Positions 25,785 through 35,139 of a stretch of 64,000 nt of DNA are shown one piece after another. The stretch lies in sequence record NC_048054.1. One strand, written 5' to 3'. Position 1 is the stretch's first letter. Every line of letters starts with the position of its first letter. The notes beneath the pieces are model-generated. The model saw only the letters and a list, made by a program, of their open reading frames with translations, did no database searches and had not been told where the DNA came from. The position numbers were made by a program, and so were the translations under genes.

Positions 25785-26276
25785 TTAGGCAAATCGCCCA
25801 CCACGCCATGCGGCCTTAATGAGCAATTTTGCCACGATTTCGTTCTTCATTGTCTTTCGCTTGGCATTGCTTCTGACAAATGCAGAGCCGAACTTATTCA
25901 CGACAATCAAACCGCAGCCGCGCTCTTTAATACGTGCTACGATCTGTTCGCCGCGAGATTCAAACAGTTGCTCGTCAATGATGAAGTACATGCGCATACA
26001 GTAAGGCAAATACTTATGCCACTTCTTATCGGTATTGAAGTCGGCCCAGCAACTTTTCACCTCTGTGATAATCATATCGCATTTGGTGTTTAGGCAGAAC
26101 ACGTCAGCCCGTAAGTTACCGTGCTTAATCAATCCGAGTTCGATGTGGCATGAATAGCGTTTGTCAATCCAGTAGCGTTGTGCAGCTTCGGTGAGAAAGG
26201 CCGTCTTATCAGGACGGCTCATTGACTTGAACACGGCAGTTTGAACAGGTTCAGCCTTGCGCTTCTTATACGCCAT
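25785..26276 (-). CDS. MmcB-like PD-(D/E)XK putative endonuclease
   Basis: RADVFCL..ITEVKSCWADFNTDKKWHKYLPYC..YF is the MmcB family pattern. Confidence 0.8.
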   Translation of the reverse strand: MAYKKRKAEPVQTAVFKSMSRPDKTAFLTEAAQRYWIDKRYSCHIELGLIKHGNLRADVFCLNTKCDMIITEVKSCWADFNTDKKWHKYLPYCMRMYFIIDEQLFESRGEQIVARIKERGCGLIVVNKFGSAFVRSNAKRKTMKNEIVAKLLIKAAWRGGRFA

Positions 26277-26724
26277 ACGAGTCGATAATGTCCAGGGCTT
26301 GCTCTACGATAGGACGAAGTTTCTTGTCTACTTTACGCAGAGCCTTATCAGCTTTGAACCACTTGCGTTCACGCGTCAGGGCTTCATCGTACTCAGTCAG
26401 CATAGTCTTGACCTTCATGATGAACCATTCGACGTGTTGCTCGCGGCCTGTTTTGCCTTTGACATAACGCATGATATCTACGAAGTCTTTTGGCTTACCC
26501 AGGACACCAGCTTCTTCCATAGCTTCTTTAAGCGCACTGTCAAGTGGAGTCATTCCCGGCTCCACACCGCCTTTCGGCAGTCCCCAGTTACCAGCGTGGG
26601 TGGTACGAATCAACAGCAACTCGACTGTACCATCCTTTTTCTTTCTGTATGGAATAACGCCTGACTGCTTACGAGGTTTCTTCTCGTGTGGCAGCTTGGC
26701 CGACAATGATACGTTGATCATCAT
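26266..26724 (-). CDS. Nudix hydrolase
   Basis: Nudix box GGVEPGMTPLDSALKEAMEEAGV preceded by WGLPK. Confidence 0.95.
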   Translation of the reverse strand: MMINVSLSAKLPHEKKPRKQSGVIPYRKKKDGTVELLLIRTTHAGNWGLPKGGVEPGMTPLDSALKEAMEEAGVLGKPKDFVDIMRYVKGKTGREQHVEWFIMKVKTMLTEYDEALTRERKWFKADKALRKVDKKLRPIVEQALDIIDSYGV

Positions 26725-27224
26725 AATGAATCGAGTCCCCGCGGCAGGTCAACATCCCAACTGCCGGAATTGTCTTTCCACAGGCCTTGTTCCTGCAACT
26801 CTTTATATGCTTCATAGAGAGTAGCGGAAGCCTGCACAGAGACTTCATTCACACCAGCAGCACCTAAGCTGTAGCTATAGAAATAGCCAGGGAAGTATTG
26901 TGTGCGAGTGGCTTCGTATGTGTCAAACACAATACGGCCTTCTTCGTCAGCAACCACACAATGCGATGCCATACCACCTTGCCCAAGAACAACGATCTGA
27001 TAGTTCGGGTGCTTGTTGTAGACACGTTGGATAAACTCGGCAGCGGCAGCGAACGGTCGAGCTACAGTTGCAGCACGATGACAGTTCTGTTCTACCGCAG
27101 ATTCAGCGAGAGCGCGAGCACCAGTCAAATTCATAGCCGAGGCAAAGATAAGAGTTGTGAGCGCTTTTGGCTCAACAGCAGTGGGGAAAAACTTTGTGCC
27201 CCACGCTTGTGATAACGAAAGCAT
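26721..27224 (-). CDS. Hypothetical protein (167 aa)
   Basis: AAGGAG SD; ATGA coupling to the Nudix gene. Confidence 0.75.
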   Translation of the reverse strand: MLSLSQAWGTKFFPTAVEPKALTTLIFASAMNLTGARALAESAVEQNCHRAATVARPFAAAAEFIQRVYNKHPNYQIVVLGQGGMASHCVVADEEGRIVFDTYEATRTQYFPGYFYSYSLGAAGVNEVSVQASATLYEAYKELQEQGLWKDNSGSWDVDLPRGLDSL

Positions 27225-27253
27225 GGACGTCTCCTTATACGATAGTCTCAGCT

Positions 27254-27261
27254 AAATTAGC
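27254..27261 (-). promoter_or_regulatory. GCTAATTT motif
   Basis: In the 38-nt gap, 30 nt upstream of the 27224 start. Confidence 0.5.
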
Positions 27262-27262
27262 G

Positions 27263-27553
27263 TCAGTCATCCCGACAGGTAAGGACTTGCTTGCGAATCT
27301 GTGTAAACTCGCGGGGCGCAGGACCTGAGACAACAATAGCGAGTGTAGCAGGGCGCTTTGGCTCTTTCAGAGTCACGTTACAGCCAGCATGAGACAGTGC
27401 TGCGAAGGCGCCCTCAGCACACGGGCCACTAACCACAAGACTATGCGAATAGAAAGGCTTGTCCTTCTTAGCCATAAATCGGGATATTGCACCATGTATA
27501 GCTCGGCACTGCAACTCGTTAGGTACAGAGCCGCACCAAATCGCGTATATCAT
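27263..27553 (-). CDS. Hypothetical protein (96 aa)
   Basis: AAGGAG SD; ATGA coupling. Confidence 0.7.
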   Translation of the reverse strand: MIYAIWCGSVPNELQCRAIHGAISRFMAKKDKPFYSHSLVVSGPCAEGAFAALSHAGCNVTLKEPKRPATLAIVVSGPAPREFTQIRKQVLTCRDD

Positions 27554-28275
27554 TTCGTGTTCTCCTTAATCAAAAGGAGACCATTGAAGATACCGAACTT
27601 ATCAGTGAAATCGCCGAGGACGTTATGGAGACTACCACTATCACCAGGAGCACCGTAAGGATTAAAACCTGTGACGTTGATTTGCAGATGCGATGAACTG
27701 ACGGTATCGCGTCCCTTTTCCGACAAAAAGATGGTATGGCCAGAAAAACGCTGCTTATCAGTAATGAGCACACCCATGTTAGACCACGTACGGGAAGAGG
27801 TTTCCAGCACAAAGACAGACGCTTCGAAAAACTCTCGTCCCAGCTCTGGCTTGATATCTTCAATGTAGTGTGCATCTTCATGGTCAGCAACAACAACGTC
27901 CACCGTAATGAAATCAATCGCATCACGACGGTTGCGCAACCAGACTTGCATACAGCGCTCAAAGTAGTCAGCCAGCGCACAGCAGATGCAGCTATAGTTT
28001 GACGGGTCTTTCTTGGCGCGCGGTATGGCTGTAATGCTGCGGTCATTGAATTTCCAGCTAATGTGATCAGTTACGAGTATATCGCTCTGCATCTCAACGT
28101 CTTCATCGTTGATATAGAACAGGTTGGTGCGTTGCATAGCGATGTGAGACATGACGTGGAGGGCACTGCCCTGTAATCCCAGCGGATGCTGAATCATAAC
28201 ACGGGCAGTAACCACGCGAGGTACGCCACCATCAAGATATGCGAAGTTCATGGTGCGATGTAATACAGTGCGCAT
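27550..28275 (-). CDS. Hypothetical protein (241 aa)
   Basis: AAGGA SD; follows the spike gene in the same operon. Confidence 0.75.
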   Translation of the reverse strand: MRTVLHRTMNFAYLDGGVPRVVTARVMIQHPLGLQGSALHVMSHIAMQRTNLFYINDEDVEMQSDILVTDHISWKFNDRSITAIPRAKKDPSNYSCICCALADYFERCMQVWLRNRRDAIDFITVDVVVADHEDAHYIEDIKPELGREFFEASVFVLETSSRTWSNMGVLITDKQRFSGHTIFLSEKGRDTVSSSHLQINVTGFNPYGAPGDSGSLHNVLGDFTDKFGIFNGLLLIKENTK

Positions 28276-28285
28276 GATGCGTCCT

Positions 28286-29074
28286 TTAGTTCAGGTTGAT
28301 TGTCTGTCCATTTACAGATACGTCTTGACCTGCCTCGATATTGATCGCACCCTTCACGTCCAGCGTATCATCGCCTTTAACTCGGACAATACGATTACCA
28401 CCAACTTCAACGGTCTGATTGCCTGTGATTTTGGTGTACTGATTACCCGCATCGTTCTTGGCCGTTCCCTTAAACTTCACACGCTTCTTAGGGTCAGGCT
28501 TCAAGGACTTAGGTGTCATCGTCGGGTCATTCAGAATGTAGTCAGGAATATCACCTTTACTACCTGTGACGATCAGTTGCTGATTACCCACAATCGTTTG
28601 GTTAACGTCGCCCATAATCGTCATATGGAAATCACCAGACGTCACGAGGAAGTGCTCGTTTGTCATGCGGTCGATAATGAGCTGGGTACCAGTAGACAAT
28701 CTGATACCAATACGATGCGGATAGTTCACCTGAAACTCTGGCAGCATATCGGCTTGAGTCATACGCACGTCAGTAGAGTAAATACCTTCGTGCAATTGCC
28801 CTGTAGGGAATTTGACACTAACCTTACCGCCGCGAGTAGGAACGAACTGGGCGCCAAACACGACGCCCTGACTGCCACCCTTGAGTCCTTCGAGATGACC
28901 AACAGCAGGACGAATCCACGGAATAGATTCATCAGGAATGTCATCAGTCAGACCCATAATACGCGCACGAATCTGACAAATTTTCTGAGGGTCGTTGTTA
29001 TCAATAACGATAGCCTCGTAGGTCATCTGCGGGTCGATGCCTTTCTTTGAGTTAACGGAGTTGAGTGGAATCAT
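28286..29074 (-). CDS. Baseplate central spike, T4 gp5/VgrG-like without lysozyme domain
   Basis: OB-fold start (AIVIDNNDPQKICQIRARIMGL..LPW-like WIRP) and C-terminal VxGNQT beta-helix repeats. Confidence 0.85.
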   Translation of the reverse strand: MIPLNSVNSKKGIDPQMTYEAIVIDNNDPQKICQIRARIMGLTDDIPDESIPWIRPAVGHLEGLKGGSQGVVFGAQFVPTRGGKVSVKFPTGQLHEGIYSTDVRMTQADMLPEFQVNYPHRIGIRLSTGTQLIIDRMTNEHFLVTSGDFHMTIMGDVNQTIVGNQQLIVTGSKGDIPDYILNDPTMTPKSLKPDPKKRVKFKGTAKNDAGNQYTKITGNQTVEVGGNRIVRVKGDDTLDVKGAINIEAGQDVSVNGQTINLN

Positions 29075-30966
29075 TGGTTCACCCGTGGTAAATACATTTC
29101 AAGTTTATCGCCGTCTGGAGTACCGCGCTTACTTGAACCATCAACAGTACCATCTCCAAGAGAGCACAAGAAGTTACGCAGGTTCTCTTCCTGCTGACGA
29201 ATAAGCTGTGCAAGGTTGGTACTAGGCCCAAGTAGCTTACTGATAGAGAACGCATCGAGACACTTATCAGGCAGCGCATCCGACAACATACGGTTCATAT
29301 CTTCCAGTTTGTTACTGACGCAACGCTGGTTAATCTGAGGGCCGTCGAGATACTCAGCAGGGATATCGCCGTTAGCAATCAGTCCGTTCACGTCACGCGT
29401 GAATCCACCAAGCATGTTCTCCATGCTGTCAATGCGATTGGCCAGCGCGTCCAGTATGCCGCCTTTGTAGTTGATGGCCAGATTGACGCTCAACTTCTCC
29501 AGCGTGTTCAACGCGTTACATATACCAGTCAGGTACTTGGCCATGTTAAACTCTTGCATCAGACTGTTCAGATAGTCGGCGCCTTCGCCGTACTTGGCAG
29601 CAAGCTCTGGGAACTTGAATGCCTCACTGTCAGTCTGGAACTGGTCAAGCATTACGTCCAGTTGTAGGTTGTGTTGTTGTGCAAGGAAGTCGATTGGGTT
29701 CGAACCATCGAGTGCCTGTTTGATATTCGAGTTAATCTGGAACGGACGCAGAATACTCGCAACGGTAGACAACGGCGTCTGAATGATGTTAGAGCCACCG
29801 CCTATGTTTGACGTACCCTCAACGGGAGTGAAGTTACGACTCAACAAGAACGCTTCGCTGTACATGCCACCAACGAATACGCGAGTACGACCAATGACAA
29901 GCCACTTGCCCGATACCTTGATATCAGTTTCAACCTCACGCTGACCGTTAATCACACCAGCAGACACGTCAACGATATCAAACAGGTCTACCTCAGGACA
30001 GCCGCCCAAAACGAGTGCGCGAGCAGTTTCCGTGTAGGTCATTGACTGGCGCTTGTTCGAGTAACGCGCTTCCATGTATTTGTTGTGCGTGTTGATATCG
30101 TTCGTTGGCTGCGCGTATGTTTTACGTGTGCCTGCGATAGTACCACGCGTGTCGCTGTTAATGTTCAACGGGTCACGGCTTCTGACAGTCACTGAGCTAA
30201 GTTCGTTAGTCTTGCCAGTGGAGTCTGCCCACATCAGCTTCTCGCCGTAGTTGGACATGCCGTTGAAGATACCACTCATGGACTTAGGACGAAACTCATG
30301 CAGGTTATACATGGGGGATTTGCCTATAGGCACATGGTTGAACAACCAGTACGCTTTAGGTTCGTCGTCAAAGAGTTTGTTGATATCACGCACGACCATA
30401 CGCTTGTCGGCAGTGATGAACATCTTCGGCAGCGCTTCTTCGGATATCCACATGTGCTGTTCGATCATGTGCGTAAACTTCTTAGGTGAACAGGTAGCAG
30501 ACACCCAGTTCATGATATCAGAAGTTTGCACGTCACCGAAGTCAGGCGTTAAGCCGCTAAACGAGGCAACCTGATTAAGCGCATCAATGGAAGTCCCGTG
30601 GATGCTAAAGCTACGGGTATCGAAGATGAAGGTAGGAGCGTCGAGAATACACAGCACATCGAGCATAGGTGTACCACTCTCGCCGTATTCCTTAACAGCG
30701 AATACAGAGAACGTGAGCGTAGACGCTGAATCTTGGTCAGGGCCCATCACCATTGTTACCTTTGTGCCGTCTACAATCGCGTGGGAAGATCGCAGCACGT
30801 TCGTCTGATCGGAGAATACGATCCGAGCGCAGGGAATAGCAAATGTGTTTTCGTACACATGGACAGAACGGATAAGGTTAGGCATAGACGGCGGTGCTTT
30901 GCCGTCTAACAGTAGCCCAAAATAACCCTGATCCTTTACGCCACCAGCAGTAGCTTGATCAGACAT
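29071..30966 (-). CDS. Baseplate hub, T4 gp27/VgrG-N-like, with helical C-terminal extension
   Basis: SVHVYENTFAIPCARIVFSD; SGKWLVIGRTRVF..YSEAFLLSR; directly upstream of the spike. Confidence 0.7.
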   Translation of the reverse strand: MSDQATAGGVKDQGYFGLLLDGKAPPSMPNLIRSVHVYENTFAIPCARIVFSDQTNVLRSSHAIVDGTKVTMVMGPDQDSASTLTFSVFAVKEYGESGTPMLDVLCILDAPTFIFDTRSFSIHGTSIDALNQVASFSGLTPDFGDVQTSDIMNWVSATCSPKKFTHMIEQHMWISEEALPKMFITADKRMVVRDINKLFDDEPKAYWLFNHVPIGKSPMYNLHEFRPKSMSGIFNGMSNYGEKLMWADSTGKTNELSSVTVRSRDPLNINSDTRGTIAGTRKTYAQPTNDINTHNKYMEARYSNKRQSMTYTETARALVLGGCPEVDLFDIVDVSAGVINGQREVETDIKVSGKWLVIGRTRVFVGGMYSEAFLLSRNFTPVEGTSNIGGGSNIIQTPLSTVASILRPFQINSNIKQALDGSNPIDFLAQQHNLQLDVMLDQFQTDSEAFKFPELAAKYGEGADYLNSLMQEFNMAKYLTGICNALNTLEKLSVNLAINYKGGILDALANRIDSMENMLGGFTRDVNGLIANGDIPAEYLDGPQINQRCVSNKLEDMNRMLSDALPDKCLDAFSISKLLGPSTNLAQLIRQQEENLRNFLCSLGDGTVDGSSKRGTPDGDKLEMYLPRVNQ

Positions 30967-30968
30967 GA

Positions 30969-31403
30969 TTAACCCTCAGCGTCAAGCTCAATCGCAATGG
31001 CTTTGAGTTTTGCAGCGAGCAGCTTAATATCAGCAGACTTGGCTTGCATGTTAAAGCCACCGCGACCTGGCTTGATTTCAGAATCGTTTTTGGTGTTGTA
31101 CCACTTACGCACTTCTACGATACGGTTACCGGCATCGTCGTTGGCGAGATCCACAGACAGGAAGCTATGAGGTCCAATTTGAATACGAAACATCTCAGGC
31201 TCAGAAGTCTCTACGCGAGTTTTCTTCTTTGCCTTTTGCGGCTTCTCTTCCTTCTTGGCCTTCTTCTCGACTTTCTTCTCCTTAGAGGCTTTCAACTCAG
31301 CAGCCTGTTCAGCGAGAGGTTTATCGTGCTTCTTTTTCTTCTTCAAGCTGTCTTTGATCTTCTTCGCTTTTGTACCAACAATCTTGCCGTTAACCATAGC
31401 CAT
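30969..31403 (-). CDS. PC4/p15-like ssDNA-binding protein with Lys-rich N-terminus
   Basis: IGPHSFLSV..RIVEVRKWY..EIKPGRGGFNM matches the PC4 (KELP) pattern. Confidence 0.8.
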   Translation of the reverse strand: MAMVNGKIVGTKAKKIKDSLKKKKKHDKPLAEQAAELKASKEKKVEKKAKKEEKPQKAKKKTRVETSEPEMFRIQIGPHSFLSVDLANDDAGNRIVEVRKWYNTKNDSEIKPGRGGFNMQAKSADIKLLAAKLKAIAIELDAEG

Positions 31404-31696
31404 TAGATTTGCGTCCTCTTAACTTTCTTGATAGCAGAACTCGGACGCTTCTGGGGAATTGCCATCAGCTTACCCGCAGTCATCTCAGACGGATGAATCA
31501 GCGCGTTTGCAATCAGCAGCAATGCCCAGTTAGCGTTCGAGCCATATGTAATGTGTGACAAGAGTTGGGGGTTACCCTCCATAGAGGCATCAATGCGTGT
31601 CGGCGTCGTATACAGTGCCGTGTCCACATCATCAAACACCTTCATGGTCAGAGGGTCAATCCCCCACTTGTCAATCACGCCTATTGTTTCAGCCAT
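31403..31696 (-). CDS. Small baseplate wedge protein (gp53/LysM-like)
   Basis: PQLLSHITYGSNANWALLLIAN..HPSEMTAGKLMAIP. Confidence 0.75.
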   Translation of the reverse strand: MAETIGVIDKWGIDPLTMKVFDDVDTALYTTPTRIDASMEGNPQLLSHITYGSNANWALLLIANALIHPSEMTAGKLMAIPQKRPSSAIKKVKRTQI

Positions 31697-32487
31697 TTCT
31701 TCAAGTCCTCTCGCGTTACAGCAAAGTAGCTACTGACCTGTAGAATGAAGTCCACGCTGATAGGATTTCCTGTACCATCTTCCCACACGTTGTCAAAGTT
31801 AGCACTTACGCTATCAATGATGCAGGGACTCATGGAGAAGAAATTACCAATGTCAACGAAGAACGCTTCACTGTCCTCTAAGACGTTACCGATAGCAGCG
31901 TTGGCCGCATCTGCGCCTTGACCACTTGCAGCCATAGTAAGCGTTTCCATACTTACGGCTTTCAATGGACTTGGACCAGGAGGAAGCAACAGGCCTCCTT
32001 TCTCTGACGGAGCACACAGCGAGAGCAGAGCTACTGTGGTATCAACAACTTCGCTTTTCGTATCAGAGTAAGCATCAACAAAGATAGGAAGGTCGATCGA
32101 CAGGTAACTCGGACCGCCCCACACGCGAGCACTCGCCAACTTGTGCATAGAACTAGCGCCAGCAAATCGCAGCGCCTTATCCATTGCACCAGCATTGTTG
32201 GCAACGAATCGCCCAGCAGCACCGGCAGCACCGCCGACAGTTGACAGTGCGTTACCGCCTTGTGCAGCAAGGTCAGCCAACGATGTGTTAGCGAACGGTG
32301 CATCCCACTGAGAGGACAAACTGAAAGTGAAGTCTGGCGGAATGAAACCAGTAAACTTGATTGTACCACTCTTGTTGTAGATTTTCACACGATACATGTT
32401 ATCGACAGAAATGATATCGTCACGCGACCGTGTGTTCCCAACAGAAGTGGCTTGCCCACCATCGGCGGGCATTAAGTAGTTAGCCAC
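31681..32487 (-). CDS. Tail tube initiator / baseplate-tube junction protein (gp48/54-like)
   Basis: Position after the tape measure; IDIGNFF..CIIDSVSANF..PISVDFILQ pattern. Confidence 0.6.
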   Translation of the reverse strand: MANYLMPADGGQATSVGNTRSRDDIISVDNMYRVKIYNKSGTIKFTGFIPPDFTFSLSSQWDAPFANTSLADLAAQGGNALSTVGGAAGAAGRFVANNAGAMDKALRFAGASSMHKLASARVWGGPSYLSIDLPIFVDAYSDTKSEVVDTTVALLSLCAPSEKGGLLLPPGPSPLKAVSMETLTMAASGQGADAANAAIGNVLEDSEAFFVDIGNFFSMSPCIIDSVSANFDNVWEDGTGNPISVDFILQVSSYFAVTREDLKKWLKQ

Positions 32488-32499
32488 ACAAACTCCTTA

Positions 32500-35139
32500 T
32501 CACATGTAGCCCATAGTAATCATGTTCAACATCGGGTCATCCATAAAGATTGGAATCGAATCGAGCGAATGTGCGTTACTAGGACTTGCGTTGTTAGAAC
32601 CGCTTGAGCTTGGACGTGAGGCAGCAATTGCTTTAGGAACCTCAGGCGTTGGAGCTTGTTGCACAGCGGCGGGTGCTGGAGCTTCTGTACGAGCAATGTC
32701 GCCCTCAGTAACGAGTGGCTGTCTCGCAACAGTGTCTTCCTGCTTGACCGTAGGTGCAATGCGATTAACTTCTGGAGCTTGCATCATAGCGTTCGGAGCC
32801 ATGTTACCTAGCTGAGTAGCAGCCACAGCTTCTGGCTTCTGTTCATCAGTCTTCGGCGTCTGGGCAGCAGCGACCTGCTGTGGCTTCGCAACGTCTGCGG
32901 GCAATTGCTCTTTATTTACAGCTTTCTTCTGGCGATCTGCCTCGGCAACCTTGAGCAATACGTCTTTCTCATTCTGCGCTCGCATTGCAACGGATTGCTG
33001 TGTCTGAGCATCAGATGATTTGAAATATTTGCCAGTCGTTGCAGCCTTGTAGTCCTGAATGGTCTTAATCAGATCATCGTCAGACATGGCGTTAACGTCT
33101 TTGCCTTGCAGTGCATTGGAGATAACACTGGTGCCAGCTCCATACTGAACCGCCGTGCTGTACAGAAGTTCTTTCACGCCAGCGCCACGCTTCGTCAAGT
33201 CAATACCCACATCGTTCTGTGTCTTAGCAACGAGAGGTGCATAGTGAGTGCGCGTGATATAATCCGACTGTGCTTTGTCGAACGCTTCGCCCTGCGTGTT
33301 CGCAATGTCTTTGTAGACAGAGTTGAACTGTGACGTACCTGGAGCCAGACCACCGAAGCGTTCAAGGAACGGTTTACCTTCAGGGCTGTTCAGGAAGTTC
33401 ATCATACTACCGTTGTTCGTGGCCAGCTGGTGCTTACCATAAGACACACCACCATAGTCACCACGACCAGTAGAGACAGTACCTACACCACGGCCACCAG
33501 ACTCGAACTGCTCTGACACAGCACCAAGACCGCCCTCAGCAATTGCTTTATTGGCGATATCAGTAACCTGTTTGCTGTCATAGCGTTTAGCAGGTTGGGC
33601 ACGTAACGGACCTTGATAAGTACCGCCACCCATACCCATTCCCATCATGCCCATGCCTAATGCGCCGAAACCAAATGGCGTTGGAGTAGGTGAAGGGAAC
33701 TTAGCTTTGTTCTCGTTCTCGTCAGTGGTCTTGTTGTACTCCTCCATCTTCTCTTTACGGTCTTTCTCACCCTCAGCCAGCATCTTATCTGACTCGTCAG
33801 TTATCTTCGTAGAGACATACTCACCTACGGAGCTACCGAAGTAGTCACCAAGAATACCACCGATAGTAGCACCAAGCGCAGCGCCCGCAGCAGTGCCGGC
33901 TACAGGAACAACTGAACCGAGAATACCACCAATCCAACCACCAGCCACTGCACCGATAGAGCCACCGGTAGCACCACCAACGGCAGATCCAGCAGCCTGC
34001 TTCTTAGCCTGCTCTTTCTCAGCATCAGTCATCTCCGTGTCGCTATTGATATGACTTATATTGTTCGCGTACTGCAAACCATTGCCGAGCACTGAGCCAA
34101 CAATAGGGATCTTCTTCGATGCGCCAGCAAGCAACACGGTAGCGCCATCGACGGCAGCATCCTGCACGACAGAAGGAGCTCGTGGGACTTCACCCTCTAC
34201 TTTTTCTTTTGCTGTGTCATCTGCGCGTTGTACTTCTTGTTGCTGTGCTTGTGGTTGAGGCTGCGCTGGAGCTTCTGGCATACCTGCGCCAGCATTCGAT
34301 GCGTTGTCCTGCTCGAACTCCTCTTGCGATTTGTTCTTTAACCACAGACCACCCACCGTAGCAGCAGCTACACCAGCGAGTGCTAACATCGCACCAGCTT
34401 TGCCTCTCAGTCGAGGGAATCGTGAACGAGGGAGGTTGCGTCCTGGACCACGACGTTGACCTGCGCCTCTGCCGTAACGTCGGCCACGGCGATTACGACC
34501 ACCGGTACGGCGACGACGATTATCGTTGCCATTATCACCGAAATCAGGACCGCTATTATCATCTGGCTGGCTGTCGTCATCTGCTGGACCTCCTGTGCCT
34601 GGACCACCAGCACCTGGCTGTTGCCCATGAGGGTCTGACTTAGCGCGGTTCTTCTCTTTGAATGCTTCGCGCTTTTCCCACTCCAGCCAATCTTCGAGGG
34701 CTTTCTGCGTCTTGGTTGAGACTGCATTGCCTTCTTTGATTGCTTTAACGATATCATCGCCTGACTTCTCACCTGCAATGAACAGGTCTTCAAGCGCGGT
34801 CTCTACTTCACGAGAGTTTGGCTGTTGAGCTACAGGACGCGGAGATGCAACCGACTGCGGTTCGCCTTCAACATAACGAACACGCTGGTTAGCCATCTTC
34901 TCGCGCATAGCTTTCGCAGCACGGTTCTTAGCCCTTGACCCAGGACCAACGTACACAACTTCTTCGTCGTACATCTCTGGGTCATAGTCGCGCTCAAAGT
35001 CGGCTTGCGTCTGATAATCATTCGCTGCCTTACGTTTGCGCTTTGGCTTTGGCATACCTGCTACGGAGGAACTAACGTTATCCGCATGTTCGATCATTAG
35101 TTCGAGTGCGGACAACTCTTTCTCTTGTGGCTTAGCCAT
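32500..35139 (-). CDS. Tape-measure-like protein with VgrG3-type muramidase domain
   Basis: Coiled coils and Gly/Ala-rich TM-like segments. LGAVSEQFESGGRGVGTVSTGRGDYGGVSYGKHQLA..STAVQYG resembles the VgrG3 C-terminal lysozyme-like domain. Confidence 0.75.
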   Translation of the reverse strand: MAKPQEKELSALELMIEHADNVSSSVAGMPKPKRKRKAANDYQTQADFERDYDPEMYDEEVVYVGPGSRAKNRAAKAMREKMANQRVRYVEGEPQSVASPRPVAQQPNSREVETALEDLFIAGEKSGDDIVKAIKEGNAVSTKTQKALEDWLEWEKREAFKEKNRAKSDPHGQQPGAGGPGTGGPADDDSQPDDNSGPDFGDNGNDNRRRRTGGRNRRGRRYGRGAGQRRGPGRNLPRSRFPRLRGKAGAMLALAGVAAATVGGLWLKNKSQEEFEQDNASNAGAGMPEAPAQPQPQAQQQEVQRADDTAKEKVEGEVPRAPSVVQDAAVDGATVLLAGASKKIPIVGSVLGNGLQYANNISHINSDTEMTDAEKEQAKKQAAGSAVGGATGGSIGAVAGGWIGGILGSVVPVAGTAAGAALGATIGGILGDYFGSSVGEYVSTKITDESDKMLAEGEKDRKEKMEEYNKTTDENENKAKFPSPTPTPFGFGALGMGMMGMGMGGGTYQGPLRAQPAKRYDSKQVTDIANKAIAEGGLGAVSEQFESGGRGVGTVSTGRGDYGGVSYGKHQLATNNGSMMNFLNSPEGKPFLERFGGLAPGTSQFNSVYKDIANTQGEAFDKAQSDYITRTHYAPLVAKTQNDVGIDLTKRGAGVKELLYSTAVQYGAGTSVISNALQGKDVNAMSDDDLIKTIQDYKAATTGKYFKSSDAQTQQSVAMRAQNEKDVLLKVAEADRQKKAVNKEQLPADVAKPQQVAAAQTPKTDEQKPEAVAATQLGNMAPNAMMQAPEVNRIAPTVKQEDTVARQPLVTEGDIARTEAPAPAAVQQAPTPEVPKAIAASRPSSSGSNNASPSNAHSLDSIPIFMDDPMLNMITMGYM

